Source: Octopus sinensis
Lineage: Eukaryota
NCBI RefSeq assembly: GCF_006345805.1
Contig: NW_021835348.1
Location: 1 to 40,673 of the forward strand
Reading direction: 5' to 3'
Length of the DNA stretch: 40,673 nt
Translations under genes and position numbers: made by a program
Shown: positions 34,551 through 40,673 of the stretch, in pieces
How the letters are laid out: each line of letters opens with the position of its first letter
Numbering within the stretch: the first letter of the stretch is position 1
The notes under the pieces: model-generated
What the model saw: the letters and a program-made list of their open reading frames with translations, nothing else
What the model was told of the DNA's origin: nothing
Databases searched by the model: none

Positions 34551-36896
34551 CTGAAAGTTAGATTTAGAAAAATTAATCAAACATTGATTTTAAAAAGTAG
34601 TCGTTTAGGTTATAATAAAACAAACTCTATATTAATACTAAACCCTACGTGCCGAATTTATAATTAGAATATATTGTTTTAAATAAAATTAATTGAAAAC
34701 AAATTCTAATGTAACAATTACTTCAGATAAAAATCTCACACGTTTTCTGTTTATAAATCTCCTCTGTGCAAGGACTTCAACTTGGAATTCGAGCCGTTCC
34801 TAATTATATGTCATATCTGAGATGCAACAAAGAATGGACAATCGTTTAACATATCAAACACGTTCTCAAACGCATTACAAATACCGAGCAATAGTCCATT
34901 AATATTTAGGTCATAACTAATCATATAATACTTGGAAATTCTTTTAATTCTCCCATCATTGTTCTTATAAATTCTGTTTGTCACAGCTTTCAGCCTTCAC
35001 TCCGGTTCTAATTAGTTTTCAAGACCGATAACTTCAACCGCAAGTCTTTCATTCGTTCTTTCTTTCATCTTCTCCGTAGTCACTCTTATAATCTTCAACA
35101 TCTCCCCTTCTTAACTCCCACTCTTCGTCTTCCTTTCTGTGAGCTTGTCATTTCTCTCTGTATCTCTCTCTCATATGTAACTTTATATTTACACGAGGTT
35201 TTAGTCTTGAGCTATTCCTGATTAAACAATAACATTTTAACAAATTTACAAGATCGAATGATAGACACATTACCATATACAAGCAGTAAATTCAGCTACA
35301 ACACAATACAGCAATGTAGTGGGAAATAATTTGACAAGAAAAATATAAAATTAATTACTCAGACTAATGCACATAAAATGGTGTAAACTGGCGGCTATAA
35401 TAATTAGTAAATATTCTACTTATTCACAACAAGTAGACAATTGCGAACCTTTTCAATCCTCTTACGCCCGGTCATTAAAAATTCACAAAGTTTGATATAA
35501 CATCTTCACATGGATAGACGTTTAATTAGTTACTCTATATTTAGCCGACACCATCTTACTGCTCTCTTCTATATTGATTTCTTAAATTCGTACAATGCCA
35601 CGGAATTTGTAAGGAGGTTTAGACTGAATTGAAGCGGCTCAATACCATGCGTAGAACTTATTTTATCGACCCTTGTATGATGCCTCGATAAGATTGTGAT
35701 TCAGGACACAGAAGTCAGAATCTAATTATTCTAAAGACTTTTTCCCACAAAAAAAAAAATGGCAGGGTACCAGCCAGGACACAGCCCTGGCTGAAACAAA
35801 GAAAAGTTAAATTAAACGGCTCCATTCTCTATGTATTCGATAAATTGAATACGGAGACATTTGTTTCATGTCAAGAGTGCATTTCGGCAGAGAACAAGTT
35901 TTCTGAAAATTAAATGGTTTTTCTTGTTTTTATTTTTTCTATTCAGGAGAACAAGGTTCTTGTAACGCAAAACATTTCCGTTAAGAAAACAAGTTTCTAA
36001 CTTCTGAAATCTTATCTATGATGTTATATTCTTGCTAATTAAGGTCGATTAACGAGGGATTTTCTCTTTAAATTATACTGAGAATATGATATATTATTAT
36101 CATGTTACTTAGGCAGGGGCGTTGAAGGCGATAAGAAATGACGTTGAGTGTTAGTGTAGTGCAGCTTTGTTACATAGAAAATGTAAAAAAAAAAAATTTC
36201 AGAATAAAAAAATTAAAAAATTCAGACTGAAATTATTGATTAACCTAAAAGATAAATAAATCAAATTGAAAAGATTGACTCGATTGTTACGAACTCAAAC
36301 ACTGTGTAGATAAACCTCTTTAAAAAGTCGGACTCATCACTCGGGAATTGAGTGAGGGTAGTTATTCTGAGCGCCTGCTCGCCTGTACACTTTGTATTGA
36401 AACCATTCTACTAGAAAGATATTCAGTATTCAATTAGCAATAAGATTCTAGTTCTTGTAGGAAATTACTGATTTCAAACCACCTTGTACCTAAGTGCTGT
36501 TTGTTCTCTGTATGAACGATTATCTAGAAAATGATATATTGATTTTTAACGAAAGCACAGAGCCGTACATTTTGAGGGAGAGGTACAATCGATCGATAAT
36601 ACCTAACCTAGTACTTGACGGACTTATTTTATCCACCCCGTAAAAAAACAGGCAGGTCAATTTGACCTCGGTAGGATTTGAACTCAAGGACGAAATGGAA
36701 TGTTACTAAGTATTGCAAGGAATTAGGTAATATAATTTAATTAATAAGCACATAACTGGTAGTATAACAGAAACGGAGCCCAGAAAATTCATAACGTACA
36801 GTTAAATTAAAAATTGGTAGATTAGCAATAGATCATTCGCCCACACACATACATACATCCATACACACACATATACATGCGTATATACATACATAT

Positions 36897-36954
<58 letters not shown>

Positions 36955-36961
36955 CGCCATA

Positions 36962-36994
<33 letters not shown>

Positions 36995-36996
36995 CG

Positions 36997-37137
36997 ATTT
37001 TTCTGTGTCCCTTTTTGTAGAAGTGCGTAGGCTCGAAACGTAAAAGACTTTTCCTATTCCTGGGCGTTATACTAATACATCTGTTGTTTTGTACACCACT
37101 TGTCTTCGTCTTTGGTTTTTTTCGTAAACTCTCCCTA
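36997..37137 (+). mobile_element. About 140-bp repeat, Penelope-like terminal fragment, embedded in (TA)n
   Basis: Imperfect reverse complement of 39409-39551. Contains gaagtgcgtaggctcgaaacgtaaaagac. Confidence 0.7.
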
Positions 37138-37138
37138 T

Positions 37139-37189
<51 letters not shown>

Positions 37190-38834
37190 TACATACTTAT
37201 ACACACCCACACACACCCATGCACATAGCATATGTGTGTGTGTGTATGTGTATGTAAAGCGGGCGTCATCGCAATTTCCCTTTAGTATATTTCATTCATT
37301 GTTCAAATGGTAGGCAAAGTTGATAGCATTTATCCTAAATTTCAGTGGAGTGGGATCCGTTCTGGATCAGCCTTGTTGGGAAGAGTTCTTAACTACATCG
37401 TCATACATGCACATCAATACTTGCAAAGGAAATCAATTTTTTCGATCATTAGATAATGTATTCACTACCTATAATTTTAGAATAATATTGCCATAAACAT
37501 GTGATATATTTATGAAGTACCGAGTATAATCGGACAAATATATGTAGCTGATGTTTTACGCGTATTCTGGAGTTCAAAAAGCAGAAAATTACAAGGAGAT
37601 AGAAAAATTCGTATAAGCATAGAAGATTTGAGAAAAGATATTATAATTATTGTGCAAATATACGATACGCTGGTTGTTCATGAAGGAAGGAAAAAACGCA
37701 GAGAAATGTTAAGCAATGTAGGGAGAAATAGGCAAATATTTGAATAGAGAAATAACTTTAGAGCTTGTATTTGTTGTCAAATATTGATTGATTTCAATGA
37801 TAAAATATAACAAAACTTCAAAGGTTTGGGTTAGGTGAAATCACATTTTATATAATTTACATTTTTCAGAAGAGCGTTAAATGTTTTACGGAAAACTTTT
37901 TAAATAGCCGTTTCAGATTTAGAGGTTATAAAAAATGGAGACGTGTTAACTGTTTTTCATTTTTGAACGATGTAAGGGGCCACATTTGCAATGAAGTAGA
38001 ATCACATATTCATAAAGACTTTAAAAGCCGAAATATACATTAACATATATATATATCACAGAATTATATAGTAAATTGTATTCCGTTCTTATATTTCAAT
38101 ATTATCTATGTCAATGAAAGCTTATTGTCTATATAATAAGTAAATATTTATAAATGCTTCAGAAAGGGCGGCGTTGATTGATATATTAGTCCAGGAGGAC
38201 TAGCCACGACGAACACATGAGTTTAGGTCGTGATCAATGCTATTACTAATCAATATAGTGTTCTTCAAACCTCTGAACATCAATCATTTCCATTATTCAC
38301 GAACCTTAATTAGAAATTTCATGTCGTCATCAATGTTTCCCCCTTAAAGTTTGGGTCAGCCATTCTGTATCTTTTAATGAGATCTTTCTAACTTTATTTG
38401 TTTCATTCAAATTGCGTTTCACTAATTCCACTCAGGATTAGTTCTGATTTTTACGCGATTTTGAATTATTGTTGATCGAGATAGGAATTAGGGAGGCGAA
38501 GGTTTAAGTATTTAAATGAAGCAATATAATTAACGCCAAAAACACACTTCCAAATACATTTTAAACATTTAAAACTGAAGTTTCTAGCCTCGTTATATGG
38601 TAGGCTACATCACTAAACAAATTAAAATTATGATTTAAAGTAAATATATATATTCTGATATCCTTTATTTTTTCATGTGGATTTATTCATTTTAATGACA
38701 TTAGATTACAAAAATCCTACGCAATACTTTTTCTTTCTAAACGTGCAAAGTAGCTTTTTCTGTGAAATAATATTACCCTCTCATAACTTACTGCGGTTTT
38801 GCTTTTAGACTTACAGGGAAAAATAATACATAAA

Positions 38835-39025
38835 TGTTGTATTTAGGAATGGTCATTTTGCCAGTTTAGCCAATAAAAACACACGCACTATATATTTGGT
38901 ATTACTTTGCTTCAGTGTTATTTACTTCAGTGTTATAAATAGCACTGAAGCAAAGTAACACCAAATACATAGTGCGTGTGTTTTTATTGGCTAAACTGGC
39001 AAAATGACCATTCCTAAATACAACA
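38835..39025. repeat. Near-perfect palindromic (MITE-like) element, 83-bp arms and 25-nt loop
   Basis: 38835-38917 pairs with 38943-39025 without gaps. Only two mismatches (38892/38968 and 38901/38959). Confidence 0.95.
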
Positions 39026-39350
39026 ATATCTGTTTCAACACACGATTTCACATCAAAAATCTTGCAAAACAAATATATAATACATAAATGTTTTTTTGTG
39101 TAATTAATATATTTCTACGTATTTAAGTATTTAAATTTAAACTTAGGTAAGCTTGAGTTGATATATCCGAAAAAGAAGCACGCTCGGACATTGGAGTCTG
39201 ACAAGTGGTTTATATTGCTGAGCGCTTCATAGGTGGGAAACCAATGCTCACCCCATGACCGACCATAAAATTTAATTTCCTAACACGCATACATACGCGC
39301 GCACATACATACATACATACATACATACATACATACATACATACATACAT

Positions 39351-39381
<31 letters not shown>

Positions 39382-39408
39382 TATATATATATGTATATAT
39401 ATACATAT

Positions 39409-39551
39409 ATAGGGAGAGTTTACGAAACAAGCAAAAGACGAAGGCAGGTGATGTACAAAACCAACAGATGTATTAGTATAACGCTCAAGAATAGAGAAAG
39501 TCTTTTACGTTTCGAGCCTACGCTCTTCTACAGAAAGGGACACAGAAAAAA
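39409..39551 (-). mobile_element. Second copy of the 140-bp Penelope-like fragment, inverted relative to 36997-37137
   Basis: Reverse complement ctgtgtccctttctgtagaagagcgtaggctcgaaacgtaaaagac...cgtaaactctccctata. Confidence 0.7.
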
Positions 39552-39661
39552 GGAGAGAAAATATATATACATATATACATACATATGTATATGTATATAT
39601 ATATATATATACATATGTATGTATATATGTATATATATTTTCTCTCCTGTTTTTTCTGTGT

Positions 39662-39693
<32 letters not shown>

Positions 39694-39734
39694 ATTATAT
39701 AATATATATATATGGGTGGGTGGGTGTATATATG

Positions 39735-39950
39735 CAACTTTCTGTTACTTCTTCTTCCTGCTTCTGTGTACCTGTATTTCAAAGAGCCAGTCTTGTCACA
39801 CTCTGTGTCAGGCTGAATCTCCGCGAGAACTATGTTAAGGGTACACGTGTCTGTGGAGATGCTCAGCCACCGGCACCTTAATTTCACGAGCAGGATGTTC
39901 CGTTGATCGGATCGACTGGAACCCTCGTCGTCGTAGCAGACGGAGTGCCA
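39735..39950 (+). mobile_element. 3' half of SINE family C
   Basis: Aligns to the reverse complement of about 40012-40227 (cctgtatttcaaag...gttaagggtacacgtgtctgtggag...ggaaccctcgtcgtcgta...gacggagtgc). Confidence 0.88.
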
Positions 39951-40007
39951 ACCAACCACCACAACCACATACATGCATACACACACGCGCACACACATAC
40001 ATATGGA

Positions 40008-40390
40008 TGGAAGCACTCCGTCGGTTACGACGATGAGAGTTCCGGTTGATCCGAATAAAGGGAACAGCCTGCTCGTGAAATTAACGTGTAAGTGGCTGAG
40101 CTCTCCACAGACACGTGTACCCTTAACGTAGTTCTTGGGGATATTCAGCGTGACACAGAGAGTGACAAAGCCGGTCCCTTGAAATACAGGTACAATAGAA
40201 ACAGGAAGTAAGAGTGAGAGAATGTTGTGGTGAAAGAGTACAGCAGGGATCACCACCATCCCCTGCCGGAGCCTCGTGGAGCTTTAGGTGTTTTCGCTCA
40301 ATAAACACTCACAACGCCCGGTCTGGGAATCGAAACCGCGATCCTATGATCGCGTGTCCGCTGCCCTAACCACTGGGCCATTGTGCCTCC
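40008..40390 (-). mobile_element. SINE family C, full length
   Basis: tRNA-like head ggaggcacaatggcccagtggttagggcagcggac...ggtttcgattcccagac (A box tggcccagtgg, B box ggtttcgattccc). Aligns to 11146-11513. Confidence 0.92.
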
Positions 40391-40673
40391 CATACATGCA
40401 TACACACACACGCGCACACATACATATATATATATCATTTAAAGAATAAAGATTAGGAAAAGCAAACGTTTTTCTATCGATCAATTTTATTATATGAACT
40501 AGAGATCAACAACGACTAACTTTGAAAGTATACTTTTGCCAGCATGGGTAATACCAAATATTGAAAACACAATGATTATGATTTAAAATTTATTATATTC
40601 CTTAGAGCTTAACCAAAATGATGAAATGAATATATATTTCTATAAGATGTCTATTACATTTCAATAAAGTTAA

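Noticed and set aside
34930-35170. Purine-rich acidic-looking minus frame (EDEEWELRRGDVEDYKSDYGEDERKNE*)
   Set aside because: Bounded by stops with weak splice signals; low-complexity purine bias explains it.
40321-40390. tRNA gene calls for tRNA-like heads (also 1380-1430, 11460-11513, 23785-23850)
   Set aside because: They are the 5' Pol III promoter regions of multi-copy SINEs and continue into SINE bodies without a closing acceptor stem.

Overview
AT-rich, microsatellite-dense eukaryotic DNA that is mostly intronic or intergenic. The repeat families and the (TA)n/(CA)n/(TAA)n load point to an octopus or other coleoid cephalopod; this is an inference, not shown directly. There is no complete gene, rRNA, true tRNA or CRISPR array. 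The window holds about 25 copies or fragments of five tRNA-derived SINE-like families (called A, A', B, C, D/E here) and decayed LINE pieces (one RTE/BovB-type, one CR1/Jockey-type). It also holds three different R4/Dong-type 3' ends, each next to (TAA)n, and at least eight inverted-repeat or fold-back structures. A few splice-bounded exon candidates exist, the best being 34440-34550 on the minus strand, but I cannot name the gene. Most ORFs in the supplied track are microsatellite or SINE artefacts. The most interesting signals are: (1) SINE family A repeatedly ends just before GTATTT, a motif it carries itself, giving self-nested multimers whose repeat unit runs GT...AG; (2) a decayed minimal hammerhead-like motif in an inverted pair of Penelope-like fragments; (3) a recursive-splice or microexon-like site at 4953; (4) a high density of long dsRNA-forming fold-backs; (5) three paralogous splice acceptors downstream of the best exon. 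All coordinates and alignments were read by eye.
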